Below are positions 23,691 through 36,200 of a stretch of 64,000 nt of DNA, piece by piece. Every line of letters starts with the position of its first letter. The first letter of the stretch is position 1. Location of the stretch: positions 24,242,001-24,306,000 of the forward strand of contig NC_090359.1 in assembly GCF_035084215.1 (NCBI RefSeq), written 5' to 3'. The position numbers and the translations under genes were made by a program. Below the pieces are notes generated by a model. That model ran no database searches, had not been told where the DNA came from, and saw only the letters and a list, made by a program, of their open reading frames with translations. Origin of the DNA: Heptranchias perlo (taxonomy: Eukaryota).

Positions 23691-24316
23691 ACACTGAGGG
23701 TTCCCGTTCGACAGAGGCTTTCCTTGGTGGAGAAGTTGGTGAGTGGGTCAAGGGCTCACTGGGCACTGGGCGTGCGAATGGCTCAGGCAGTGAAGGCACC
23801 CTGGAAGTGCCAGCCTGGAGCTGGGGATAACACGGTCGTCTGGTGACCCAAGGACACCCTGGTCTGGGGCTTGCGAGACTAATGGGAATTGTGGGTGGTG
23901 GGCCCACATCTGCTGGCGTTTCCTACGCAGTGTATACAAAAACAGTTGGACGTCCGCCAATCTAAGTGAGCAATACGCAGACTTTGGAAATAGAAGAAAA
24001 CACGTCCTTGCTCGTTCATCAAAGCAAGAAAGAGTTTGCATTTCTATTGAGCTTTTCACGACCTCAAGGCGTCCCAAAGCTCTTCACGACCAATGGAGTC
24101 TGGCCTCGCCATACCTCTCTCTCCCTCCCTCCCTCCCTCCGCACCCCCTCCCTCTCCCTCCTTCACTCGACTTCCTATAAGAGTCAGTCAATGCGGCACG
24201 GGAACTGGGATTGTGTTTTGCAGAAGCTCCACCTGCAGGTTCGGAGCACGTCTCCCGTTGTTGAGAACATCGTAAGAGAGAGAGGTGCGGACCAGGACGC
24301 CATTTGGCTCATCACG

Positions 24317-24668
24317 AGGGTCGCCAACTCTCATTGGACGGATCCCTGGAGGTTTCATCACATGACCTCCGGCCTCCAAATGCCCCGCCCCCACATTCCC
24401 ACCATTGGTCGCCCGACACGTCCATCCTCCAGGTGCACCAATTGGAAGGCGAGCAGACTCTTTGTTACCCAATTGGATCATTCTTGACTGTCAGTCAAAC
24501 AGCCTTTTCTCCCCATCTCCAATATTTTGATAACTAATAAATAAAAGTATTCAAAGAAAATTAAGAAAAACCACACGCAGTCTTTTTGTAACGCCCCTAT
24601 GATTTTGCCCGCAGCAGTGTCCAGGTGATTAATCCTTAATTCCTGGAGACTCCAGGGTGGCAATCCTA
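24317..24668 (+). mobile_element. hAT-type MITE, copy 1
   Basis: Ends agggtcgccaac ... ggtggcaatccta; internal sequence clearly similar to 50742-51112. Confidence 0.75.
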
Positions 24669-24764
24669 GTTATCCTCAAAGGCCGTATAGTTCCTCCTAC
24701 CAATCATGACTGCTTCTGGAATCAGCTATCTGGACATCCATGCTCAGGGAATAGAGGAGGTGGG

Positions 24765-25060
24765 GTACTGTAGGTTAGTGGTTATGGTACTGAGGTTGTT
24801 AGCTCAAATCCCACCATTGCATTGAATTCAACGAAGGTAAACCAGCAACAGACCCAAAAAAAACCCCAATGGCCATAAAAATTGCCAGGTTCATTCAACC
24901 AGTTCACTGATAATCCTTCAGAGAAGGGAATCTGTCACCTCTACCTGTGACTATGTGGTTGATCCTTAAAGCCCCCCTGGAAGGATTGACTTAGAATAAG
25001 GCTAGACATCGTCCCAGGGCAAGTAGGGATAGGTAATAATTGAGGCCATGCCACCATCTT
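24765..25060 (+). mobile_element. Degenerate SINE-like element with LINE-derived tail
   Basis: tRNA-like head remnants (tagtggtt, tcaaatcccacca); tail agggcaagtagggataggtaataa resembles the 3' end of the LINE at 54300-54766. Confidence 0.5.
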
Positions 25061-25239
25061 GAGAGCTCCCTGCCTTCCAGATATCTGTTGTAGCAGAGGG
25101 GTGAACTCTAAACATCTCCTACTGAGCTGCTCCCCCTCAGGGACAAAACAGAAGGGGTTGGACTCCACCAGGGAATACATTAACCTCTCTTTAGTGAAAG
25201 TCTCATTCTGGAGATTGAGATTTCCAGGATTGGATGTTG

Positions 25240-25405
25240 ATAGAACCATAGAAAAGATACAGCACAGAAGGGGGCCGTTCGGCCCATCGTGTCCGCGCCG
25301 GCTCGAAGAACAACCAGGTGCCCATTCTAATCCCACGGTCCATGGCCCTGCGGCTTACAGCACTTTAGGTGCAGGTCCAGGTACTTTTCAAAAGAGTTGA
25401 GGGTC
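25240..25405 (-). mobile_element. CR1 3' end fragment
   Basis: atagaaccatagaaaagatacagcacagaagggggccgttcggcccatcgtg, reverse complement of a CR1 3' UTR. Confidence 0.7.
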
Positions 25406-25524
25406 AGTAACAGTAAATAATGGCATGGCTCCTGAAACCTGGTGACTGAGAGGAGAGCTGTGCACAAGATGGTAAACAGTGTGGAAAGGGCAAATCTCAA
25501 ACTAAAGCAAGACAAGGGGCTACC

Positions 25525-26032
25525 CTACTCTAGGAAGGATAACAAGGCCTTGGAGAGGGTGCAGAGGAGATTTACCAGAATGGTGCCAGGGATGAGGGAC
25601 TTTAGTTATGTGGAGAGACTGGAGAAGCTGGGGTTGTTCTCCTTAGAGCAGAGAAGGTTAAGGGGAGATTTAATAGAGGTGTTCAAAATTATGAGAGAGG
25701 TTTTGATAGAGTAGATAAGGGAGAAACAGTTACGACTGGCAGGAGGGTCGGTAACCAGGGGACACAGATTTAAAATAATTGGCAAAAAAGCCAGGGTGGG
25801 AGATGAGGAGAATTTTTTTTTTACGCAGCGAGTTGTAATGATCTGGAATTCACTGCCTGAAAGGGCGGTGGAAGCAGATTCAATAATAACTTTCAAAAGG
25901 TGAATTGGAGAAATACTTGAAAAGGAAAAATTTGCAGGGCTCTGGGGCAAGAGCAGGGGGAGTGGGACTAATTGGATCGTTCTTTCAGAGAGCTGGCACA
26001 GGCCAAATGGCCTCCCAATGTGCTGTATGATT
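25525..26032 (+). mobile_element. CR1 LINE 3' fragment
   Basis: ALERVQRRFTRMVPGMRDFSYVERLEKLGLFSLEQRRLRGDLIEVFKIM plus 3' UTR. Confidence 0.92.
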
Positions 26033-27069
26033 CTAGGGGCGTTAAATTGGGCCGTGCAGCGCCCGTTGTTTTGGCGCTACACGGCCTCTCTGACATCCAA
26101 GATGGCGTCTTGGATGTGCACGCACGTCAAAGACCAAAAATAAGAAGTAATGTGAGACTCCACATTTTTAAATTTAATTGTTAGTTGTTTTGCAGTCAAT
26201 AAGACCAACTGCGCTTTTAAAACTTAGTTTAGACCTGGAATTTTTAGGCGTAGCTTTAGATGGCGGAATTAGTTGCTTTCCAATTGGGCGGATGAGCAAG
26301 TTTGGGAATTTTTTTTAATGATTGTAGCGTGCGATGGCCCTTTAATTCGCAGCTGTCAAGTCGCTGGCAAGCCAACAGGAGGACGTTCACAATTTCTGCG
26401 TTTCACTCGGAACTGGCTCCTTCGATTTTTCCATTAAAAACGGAGGGCACTGCGGGGCTCCTCCGTTATTGCGGGAGTGATTTCTGGCCCATTATCTCAT
26501 TCACAGGTCAAGGGCAAGACGTGGAATTCAGTGGGAAGGGTGGGTGAGGGGCCTAGAAACTCGTTAAAGGGGCAGCGTCACCGTGATTTCCCCCTGGGGC
26601 TGATCCTTACAGCGGGATTGCGAGCGACGCTCCAAGGGCGGACAAGCACCGGGATTCGGGAATGATCAGACAGCTGATGAAGGCCGCACGGACGCAGCTG
26701 TCCACCCCCGCTCCTTGCTGAGGCAGCTAACCTCGGGGGGGGGTGGGGACAGTGGTCGGGGGGTTGGGGAGATGCCTGTCGCAGATCGCCTCGGCATGCC
26801 TGGAGACGAAGCGAATATCAGCCAGTGTTCCCACTCCAGTCACCGCTGGCAGGAAAGCGAGAGTCCGCACGGCGAGTATTGTTAGGTTATTCAACTCTGG
26901 GGGGCATCACAGCTGAGCCCGGTCCGGTCCCTGCCGGGTGGGGAGAGAGGATCTGACACAGTTGCCATGACTCCTTGGGTCAAATAGCTGACCTTCACCG
27001 CTTATATAACGAGGGTGGCCTCTTGGATAGAACCATGGAACCTCTACCCTAGAATAAACGAGCAATTAG

Positions 27070-27790
27070 ACAGGAAAGAGGAGTAAAGAGGGAGACAGAC
27101 GTAGGGGGAGGGGAGAGACAGAAGGGGGAGAAGGAGATAGAGGGGGAGGGGTGACGGAGATGGAGGGGAAGATGGAAGGGAGACGGGAGGAGAAAAGGGC
27201 GAGACAGGAGAGGAAAGGGGGAGACGGAAGGAGGAAAGGGGGAGACGGGAGGGGGAAAGGGGGAGATGGGAGGGGGAAAGGGGAGACAGGAGGGGGAGGG
27301 GAAATGGGAGAGGGGGAGACGGGAGGGGGAAAGGGGAGACAGGTGGGGGAGGGGAAATGGGAGCGGGGGAGACGGGAGGGGGAAAGGGGAGACGGGAGGG
27401 GGAAAGGGGGAGACGGGAGGGGGAAAGGGGGAAGACAGGAGGGGGAGTGGAAACGGGAGAGGGGGAGACGGGAGGGGGAAAGGGGAGACAGGAGGGAGAG
27501 GGGAGATGGGAGGGGGAGACGGGAGGGGGAGACTGAAGGAGGTAACGGGAGGGGGAGATGGGGGAGACAGGAGGGGGGAGATGGGAAGGGGAGTTGGGGG
27601 AGATGGGGGAAATGGGAGGGGGTTAACGGGAGAAGGGGAGATGGAAGGGGAGACGAGAGGAGGTAACGGGAGGGGGAGATGGGGGGGAGACGGGAGAAGG
27701 GGAGATGGGAAGGGGGAGTTGGGGGAGATGGGGGCGACGGGAGGGGGAGACGGAGAGGAGGGATGGGGAAGACGGAGGGGGAGGGTTGAA
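27070..27790. repeat. G/A-rich low-complexity tract
   Basis: Repeated gggagggggaaagggggagac-type units with many G-runs. Confidence 0.85.
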
Positions 27791-27854
27791 GCAGAAAGTC
27801 AAGGCACCATCTCCTGCCTCTTTACTGACCTCGTGTGAACTGTTCAGAAACCCG

Positions 27855-27928
27855 TCAGCTGAAGAAGGGAACGAGAGCCAGGCCTGCGATCAGGAGCATG
27901 CTGGGGAGAGTCGTAATCTCAGCAGCAT
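27855..27928 (-). CDS. Last coding exon of IgV gene C: GPI-anchor-like C-terminal signal (exon continues to a donor at 27830)
   Basis: Strong acceptor (T-rich tract + tctgttctgcag|), phase 1, DAAEITTLPSMLLIAGLALVPFFS*; donor GAG|gtcagt 25 nt after the stop. Confidence 0.75.
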
Positions 27929-28309
27929 CTGCAGAACAGAAAAAAACAAAATGGAATATTAGTTTCCGTCTCACCCCCGTCCCTCAAAATATAATCTCCC
28001 CTCCCCCAGTCTGGAACTCCCTCCCCACAGGTTGTCCACCAGACTATTGACACCCAAAGGCTGGCCGCGGTCGGTGGAATGGGGGGGCACGTGATGAAGG
28101 AGGGGGGACACAGGGGGAAGGAGGGGACACGGGGTGAAGGAGGGGGGGACACGGGGTGAAGGAGGGGGGGACACGGGGTGAAGGAGGGGGAACATGCTCA
28201 TGTTTTAAAAGTCTCTGCTTCTGTTTCCCACGAGGTCCATTCACTGCATCACTCTGCGATCTGCTGAACCAACCAATTGAAAGGGGGCCTAGTCTTTCTC
28301 GGGCTGAGT

Positions 28310-29212
28310 GTGAGGGAGCGAGTGAGAGAGGGAGGGAGAGGAGAGGAGAGAGAGAAAGAGGGAGGAGAGAGAGAAAGAGAGACAGGTGGGAGAGAAAGAG
28401 ACNNNNNNNNNNNNNNNNNNNNNNNNNNNNNNNNNNNNNNNNNNNNNNNNNNNNNNNNNNNNNNNNNNNNNNNNNNNNNNNNNNNNNNNNNNNNNNNNNN
28501 NNNNNNNNNNNNNNNNNNNNNNNNNNNNNNNNNNNNNNNNNNNNNNNNNNNNNNNNNNNNNNNNNNNNNNNNNNAGAGAGAAAGAGGGAGGAGAGAGAGA
28601 AAGAGGGAGGAGAGAGAGAAAGGGAGACAGGTGGGAGAGAAAGAGACAGGAGAGAGAAAGAGGGAGGAGAGAGAGAAAGAGGGGGGCGAGAGAGAAAGAG
28701 AGACAGGAGAGAGAGAAAGAGAGACAGGAGAGAGAGAAAGAGACAGGAGAGAGAAAGAGACAGGAGAGAGAAAGAGGGAGGAGAGAGAGAAAGAGAGACA
28801 GGAGAGAGAGAAAGAGACAGGAGAGAGAAAGAGGGAGGAGGGAGAGGAGAGGAGAGAGAGAAAGAGGGAGGAGAGAGAGAAAGGGAGACAGGGGAGTGAG
28901 AGAGGANNNNNNNNNNNNNNNNNNNNNNNNNNNNNNNNNNNNNNNNNNNNNNNNNNNNNNNNNNNNNNNNNNNNNNNNNNNNNNNNNNNNNNNNNNNNNN
29001 NNNNNNNNNNNNNNNNNNNNNNNNNNNNNNNNNNNNNNAGGAGAGAGAGAAAGAGGGAGGAGGGAGAGGAGAGGAGAGAGAGAAAGAGGGAGGAGAGAGA
29101 GAAAGAGGGAGGAGAGAGAGAAAGGGAGACAGGAGAGTGAGAGAGAGACAGGAGAGTAGAGAGAGGGGAGAAGAGGGAGGTGATGGAGAGAGTGAGGGAG
29201 GGAGGGAGGGGA
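28310..29212. repeat. GA-rich microsatellite containing two assembly gaps (N 28403-28574, 28907-29038)
   Basis: Purine tract of gagagagaaagag/agacagg units interrupted by N runs. Confidence 0.9.
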
Positions 29213-29873
29213 GCAATATCTGTATCTGTCCCTCAAACCGTGCCTTAGGCTCAGGTAAAGTCTAACAGGGAGCTGAGTTGCCGGGGCCTCCTCACTGCCG
29301 GTCGGTCACTGCCTCTCCCAGGCCCTCGGTTAGCAGCACTGGTTCTGTGATCCTGACCGCAGGTTATCTTGCCCACCAGTCCCGGCTCAGAGTGACCCTC
29401 TCTGAGTGTCCTCCCTTCTCCCAGCTTTAAAGCAACACTTCTTGTGCTCTGAACCTCAGTCCACTCCCTCGGGCGGACCAGCCGTGGGGCGACGGTGCCT
29501 CCTGCTGCAGCAGTGACCCGGGAAAGACCCTGGTTCAAACCCCGGCCTGAACTGAGCAAGCTGATGTCGGCTGTGGTGCTACGATGGTCCGCAGCCCCCC
29601 CACCCCGGCAGCGGGAAGAGGAAGACTGACCGCTTCCCAATGGGCTCCCCAAATCCCCCCCCCCCCCGTCCCCTCCCTCCCTCCGCCCGCCAGCCACTCC
29701 CTCCCTCCGCCAGCTGGATGTTGAGGAACATGATGCGATGCCCCCCACAGTCGAACAGCCCGCCACCACTCACTGCCGCAGCCGCTTGGCCGAGGCTCCG
29801 GGAGGGCCCGCCGGCACGCTGCGCCTCCGCGGCCCGGCAGCAGCCGAGGAAGGGCGCCAACGGAAACCCTCAC

Positions 29874-30242
29874 CTGTGGCGACACTCAGCGTGACGGCGG
29901 CACAGTTCTCTGAGTTGTGAGGCCGTTGAGTGACGATGTGGCATTCGTAGGTCCCAGTGTCGCGCACCGACACTCCCGTCAGGTTCAGCGCCGCGTCTCT
30001 CCTCTCAAACCAATCGGCCGCCAAGGCGGTGCGTCCCACGAACTCGCTGCCCTGGTTTTTGTTCTCCGTTTTTCGGTCCCTCGTGTGGACTACCAGAGGG
30101 TCACCCCCTTTCACCTCCTTTTTCCAAACCACCCTGCACACCTCGGGAGAGGGGCCCGTCCAGTTGAAACTGCACGGCAAGAAGACGGAGCCTCCATTCG
30201 TCACCGTCAACTCATCCGCCTGGCGCGTGCACTGGAGGGAAT
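29874..30242 (-). CDS. Ig V-set exon of gene C, B7/butyrophilin-like
   Basis: Acceptor cttcacttgttccag|, donor ACAG|gtgagg, 369 nt, phase 1-1; GGSVFLPCSF...VVWKKE...QGSEFVGRTAL..D..ERRDAALNLTGVSVRDTGTYEC with canonical C-W-DxGxYxC. Confidence 0.92.
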
Positions 30243-30258
30243 CTGGAACAAGTGAAGG

Positions 30259-33200
30259 CACACTCGCGGTTACAGAGAGCTCAGGCTCAGCTCGCACACG
30301 CTCACACTCAGCTCACACACACTCACACTCAGGGTTACTGAGAGCTCACACACTCACACTCAGGGTTACTGAGAGCTCACGCACTCAGCTGACTCACAAT
30401 CACACTCAGGGTTACTGGGAGCTCACACACTCAGCTCAAACACACTCACACTCGCAGTTACAGAGAGCTCAGACTCAGCTCACACACACTCACACTCGTG
30501 GTTATGGAGAGCTCAGACTCAGCTCACGCACACTCACACTCAGGGTTACTGAGAGCTCACACACCCAGCTCACATTCAGGGTTACTGGGAGCTCACACAC
30601 TCAGCTCATACACACTCACACTCGCAGTTACAGAGAGCTCAGACTCAGCTCACACACACTCACACTCGTGGTTACGGAGAGCTCAGACTCAGCTCACGCA
30701 CACTCACACTCAGGGTTACTGAGAGCTCACACACTCAGCTCACATTCAGGGTCACTGGGAGCTCACACACTCAGCTCACACACACTCACACTCACAGTTA
30801 CAGAGAGCTCAGACTCAGCTCACACACACTCACACTCGTGGTTACGGAGAGCTCAGACTCAGCTCATACACACTCACACTCGTGGTTACGGAGAGCTCAG
30901 ACTCAGCTCATACACACTCACACTCAGGGTTACTGAGAGCTCTCACACTCAGCTCACAAACACTCACACTCAGGGTTACTGAGAGCGCACACACTCAGCT
31001 CACACACACTCACACTCAGGGTTACTGAGAGCTCACACACACAGCTCACACACACTCACACTCAGGGTTACTGAGAGCTCACACACTCAACTCACACTCA
31101 GGAGTACTGAGAGCTCACACACTCAGCTCTCACACACTCGCACTCAGGGTTACTGAGAGCTTACACACTCAGCTCACACACTCAGCTCACATTCAGGGTT
31201 ACTGGGAGCTCACACACTCAGCTCCCACACACTCACACTCATGGTTACTGAGAGGTCACACACTCTCACAATCAGGGTTACTGAGAGCTCGCACACTCAG
31301 CTCACACACACTCATACTCAGAGTTGCTGAGAGCCCACACACTCAGCTCACTCACACTCACACTCAGGGTTACTGAGAGCACACACACTCAGCTCACACA
31401 CACTCACACTCAGGGTTACTGAGAGCTCACACACTCACACTCAGGGTTACTGGGAGCACACACTCTCAGCTCACACACACTCACACTCAGGGTTACTGAG
31501 AGCTCACACACTCAGCTCACATTCAGGGTTACTGGGAGCTCACACTCTCAGCTCACACACACTCACACTTTGAGTTACTGAGAGCCCACACACTCAGCTC
31601 ACTCACACTCACACTCAGGGTTACTGAGAGCACACACACTCAGCTCACTCACACTCACACTCAGGGTTACTGAGAGCTCACACACTCACACTCAGGGTTA
31701 CTGAGAGCACACACACTCAGCTCACACACACTCACACTCATGGTTGCTGAGAGGTCACACACTCTCACAATCAGGGTTACTGAGAGCTCGCACACTCAGC
31801 TCACTCACACTCACACTCAGGGTTATTGTTAGCTCACACACTCAGCTCACTCACACTCCTATTCAGGGTTACTGAGAGCTCACACACTTTCACACTTAGG
31901 GTTACTGAGAGCTCACACACTCAGCTCACACACGCTCACAATCAGAGTTACTGAGAGCTCACACACTCAGCTCACAAACACTCACACTCAGGGTTACTGA
32001 GAGCGCACACACTCAGCTCACACACACTCACACTCAGGGTTACTGAGAGCTCACACACTCAGCTCACATTCAGGGTTACTGGGAGCTCACACACTCAGCT
32101 CACTCACACTCACACTCAGGGATACTGAGAGCTCACACACTCACACTCAGGGCTACTGAGAGCTCACATACTCACACTCAGGGCTACTGAGAGCTCACAC
32201 ACTCAGCTCATACACACTCACAATCTGGGTTACTGAGAGCTCACACACTCAGCTCACTCACACTAACACTCAGGGATACTGAGAGCTCACACACTCACAC
32301 TCAGGGCTACTGAGAGCTCACATACTCACACTCAGGGCTACTGAGAGCTCACACACTCAGCTCTCACACACTCACAATCTGGGTTACTGAGAGCTCACAC
32401 ACACAGCTCACATTCAGGGTTACTGGGAGCTCACACACGCGGCTCCCACACACTCACACTCATGGTTACTGAGAGGTCACACACTCCCACACTCAGGGTT
32501 ACTGAGAGCTCGCACACTCAGCTCACACACACTCACACTCAGGGTTACTGAGAGCTCACACACTCAGCTCCCACACTCTCACACTCATGGTTACAGAGAG
32601 GTCACACTCTCACACTCAGGGTTACTGAGAGCTCGCACACTCAGCTCACTCACACTCACACTCAGGGTTACTGAGAGCTCACACACTCAGCTCACAAACA
32701 CACACTCAGGGTTACTGTGCGCTCACACACTCAGCTCACAAACACTCACACTCAGGGTTACTGAGAGCTCACACACTCAGCTCACTCACACTCAGGGTGA
32801 CTGAGAGCACATACACTCAGCTCACACACACTCACACTCGGGGTTACTGAGAGCTCACACTCTCAGCTCACACACACTCACACTCAGGGTTACTGAGAGC
32901 TCACACACTCAGCTCACATTCAGGGTTACTGGGAGCACACACTCTCAGCTCACACACACTCACACTCAGGGTTACTGAGAGCTCACACACTCAGCTCACA
33001 CACACACACTCAGGGTGACTGAGAGCTCACACACTCAGCTCCCACACAATCGCACTCAGGGTTACTGAGAGCTCACACACTCAGCTCACAAACACTCACA
33101 CTCAGGGTGACTGAGAGCTCACACACTCAGCTCACAAACACTCACACTTATGGTTACTGTGAGCTGACACACTCAGCTCACAAACACTCATACTCAGGGT

Positions 33201-36200
33201 TACTGAGAGCTCACACACTCAGCTCACACACACTCACACTCAGGGTTACTGAGAGCTCACACACTCAGCTCCCACACAATCGCACTCAGGGTTACTGAGA
33301 GCTCACACACTCAGCTCACAAACACTCACACTCAGGGTTACTGAGAGCTCACACACTCAGCTCACAAACACTCACACTCATGGTTACTGTGAGCTGACAC
33401 ACTCAGCTCACAAACACTCATACTCAGGGTTACTGAGAGCTCACACACTCAGCTCACACACACTCACACTCAGGGTTACTGAGTGCTCACACACTCAGCT
33501 CACACACACTCACACTCAGGGTTACTGCGTCCTCACACACTCAGCTCACACACACTCACACTCAGGGTTACTGAGAGCTCTCACACTCAGCTCACACACA
33601 CTCATACTCAGGGTTACTGAGTGCTCACACACTCATCTCCCACACACTCACACTCAGGGTTACTGCGTCCTCACACACTCAGCTCACAAACACTCACACT
33701 CAGGGTTACTGAGTGCTCACACACTCAGCTCCCACACACTCACACTCAGGATTACTGGGAGCTCACACACTCTCACACTCGGGGTTACTGAGAGCTCACA
33801 CCCTCAGCTCACTCACACTCACACTCTGGGTTACTGAGAGCTCACACATTCTCACACTCAGGGTTACTGAGAGCTCACGCACTCAGCTCACGCACACACA
33901 TACAGGGTTACTGAGCGCTCGCACACTCAGCTGCCTCACACTCACACTCAGGGTTATTTAGAGTTCACACACTTAGCTCACATTCAGGGTTACTGGGAGC
34001 TCACACACTCAGCTCACACACGCTCACACTCAGGGTTACTGAGTGCTCACAACATCTCACACTCAGGGTTACTGAGAGCTTACACACTCAGCTCACACAC
34101 ACTCACACTCAGGGTGACTGAGAGCTCACACACTCACCTCACAAACACTCACACTCAGGATTACTGAGTGCTCACACACTCAGCTCCCACACTCTCACAC
34201 TCATGGTTACAGAGAGGTCACACTCTCACACTCAGGGTTACTGAGAGCTCGCACACTCAGCTCACTCACACTCACACTCAGGGTTACTGAGAGCTCACAC
34301 ACTCAGCTCACTCACACTCCTATTCAGGGTCACTGAGAGCTCACACACTCAGCTCACAAACACTCACACTCAGGGTTACTGAGAGCTCACACACTCAGCT
34401 CACACACACACACTCAGGGTTACTGTGCGCTCACACACTCAGCTCACAAACACTCACACTCAGGGTTACTGAGAGCTCACACACTCAGCTCACTCACACT
34501 CAGGGTGACTGAGAGCACATACACTCAGCTCACACACACTCACACTCAGGGTTACTGAGAGCTCACACTCTCAGCTCACACACACTCACACTCAGGGTTA
34601 CTGAGAGCTCACACACTCAGCTCACATTCAGGGTTACTGGGAGCACACACTCTCAGCTCACACACACTCACACTCAGGGTTACTGAGAGCTCACACACTC
34701 AGCTCACACACACACACTCAGGGTTACTGAGAGCTCACACACTCAGCTCCCACACAATCGCACTCAGGGTTACTGAGAGCTCACACACTCAGCTCACAAA
34801 CACTCACACTCAGGGTTACTGAGAGCTCACACACTCAGCTCACAAACACTCACACTCATGGTTACTGTGAGCTGACACACTCAGCTCACAAACACTCATA
34901 CTCAGGGTTACTGAGAGCTCACACACTCAGCTCACGCACACTCACACTCAGGGTTACTGAGAGCTCACACACTCAGCTCACAAACACTCACACTCAGGGT
35001 TACTGAGAGCTCACACACTCAGCTCACAAACACTCACACTCATGGTTACTGTGAGCTGACACACTCAGCTCACAAACACTCATACTCAGGGTTACTGAGA
35101 GCTCACACACTCAGCTCACACACACTCACACTCAGGGTTACTGAGTGCTCACACACTCAGCTCACACACACTCACACTCAGGGTTACTGAGTGCTCACAC
35201 ACTCAGCTCACACACACTCACACTCAGGGTTACTGTGTCCTCACACACTCAGCTCACACACACTCACACTCAGGGTTACTGAGAGCTCTCACACTCAGCT
35301 CACACACACACTCATACTCAGGGTTACTGAGTGCTCACACACTCATCTCCCACACACTCACACTCAGGGTTACTGCGTCCTCACACACTCAGCTCACAAA
35401 CACTCACACTCAGGGTTACTGAGTGCTCACACACTCAGCTCCCACACACTCACACTCAGGATTACTGGGAGCTCACACGCTCTCACACTCGGGGTTACTG
35501 AGAGCTCACACCCTCAGCTCACTCACACTCACACTCTGGGTTACTGAGAGCTCACACATTCTCACACTCAGGGTTACTAAGAGCTCACGCACTCAGCTCA
35601 CGCACACACATACAGTGTTACTGAGCGCTCGCACACTCAGCTGCCTCACACTCACACTCAGGGTTATTTAGAGTTCACACACTTAGCTCACATTCAGGGT
35701 TACTGGGAGCTCACACACTCAGCTCACACACGCTCACACTCAGGGTTACTGAGTGCTCACAACATCTCACACTCAGGGTTACTGAGAGCTTACACACTCA
35801 GCTCACACACACTCACACTCAGGGTTACTGTGCGCTCACACACTCAGCTCACAAACACTCACACTCAGGATTACTGAGTGCTCACACACTCAGCTCCCAC
35901 ACTCTCACACTCATGGTTACAGAGAGGTCACACTCTCACACTCAGGGTTACTGAGAGCTCGCACACTCAGCTCACTCACACTCACACTCAGGGTTACTGA
36001 GAGCTCACACACTCAGCTCACTCACACTCCTATTCAGGGTCACTGAGAGCTCACACACTCAGCTCACAAACACTCACACTCAGGGTTACTGAGAGCTCAC
36101 ACACTCAGCTCACTCACACTCAGGGTGACTGAGAGCACATACACTCAGCTCACACACACTCACACTCAGGGTTACTGAGAGCTCACACTCTCAGCTCACA

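Noticed and set aside
27151-29236. Gly/Arg/Glu-rich and Leu/Ser-rich ORFs
   Set aside because: Low-complexity GA tracts and N-gaps
9880-30260. V exons as rearranging Ig/TCR/IgNAR V segments
   Set aside because: Both exons include the G strand and end in splice donors; I saw no heptamer-spacer-nonamer RSS adjacent to either
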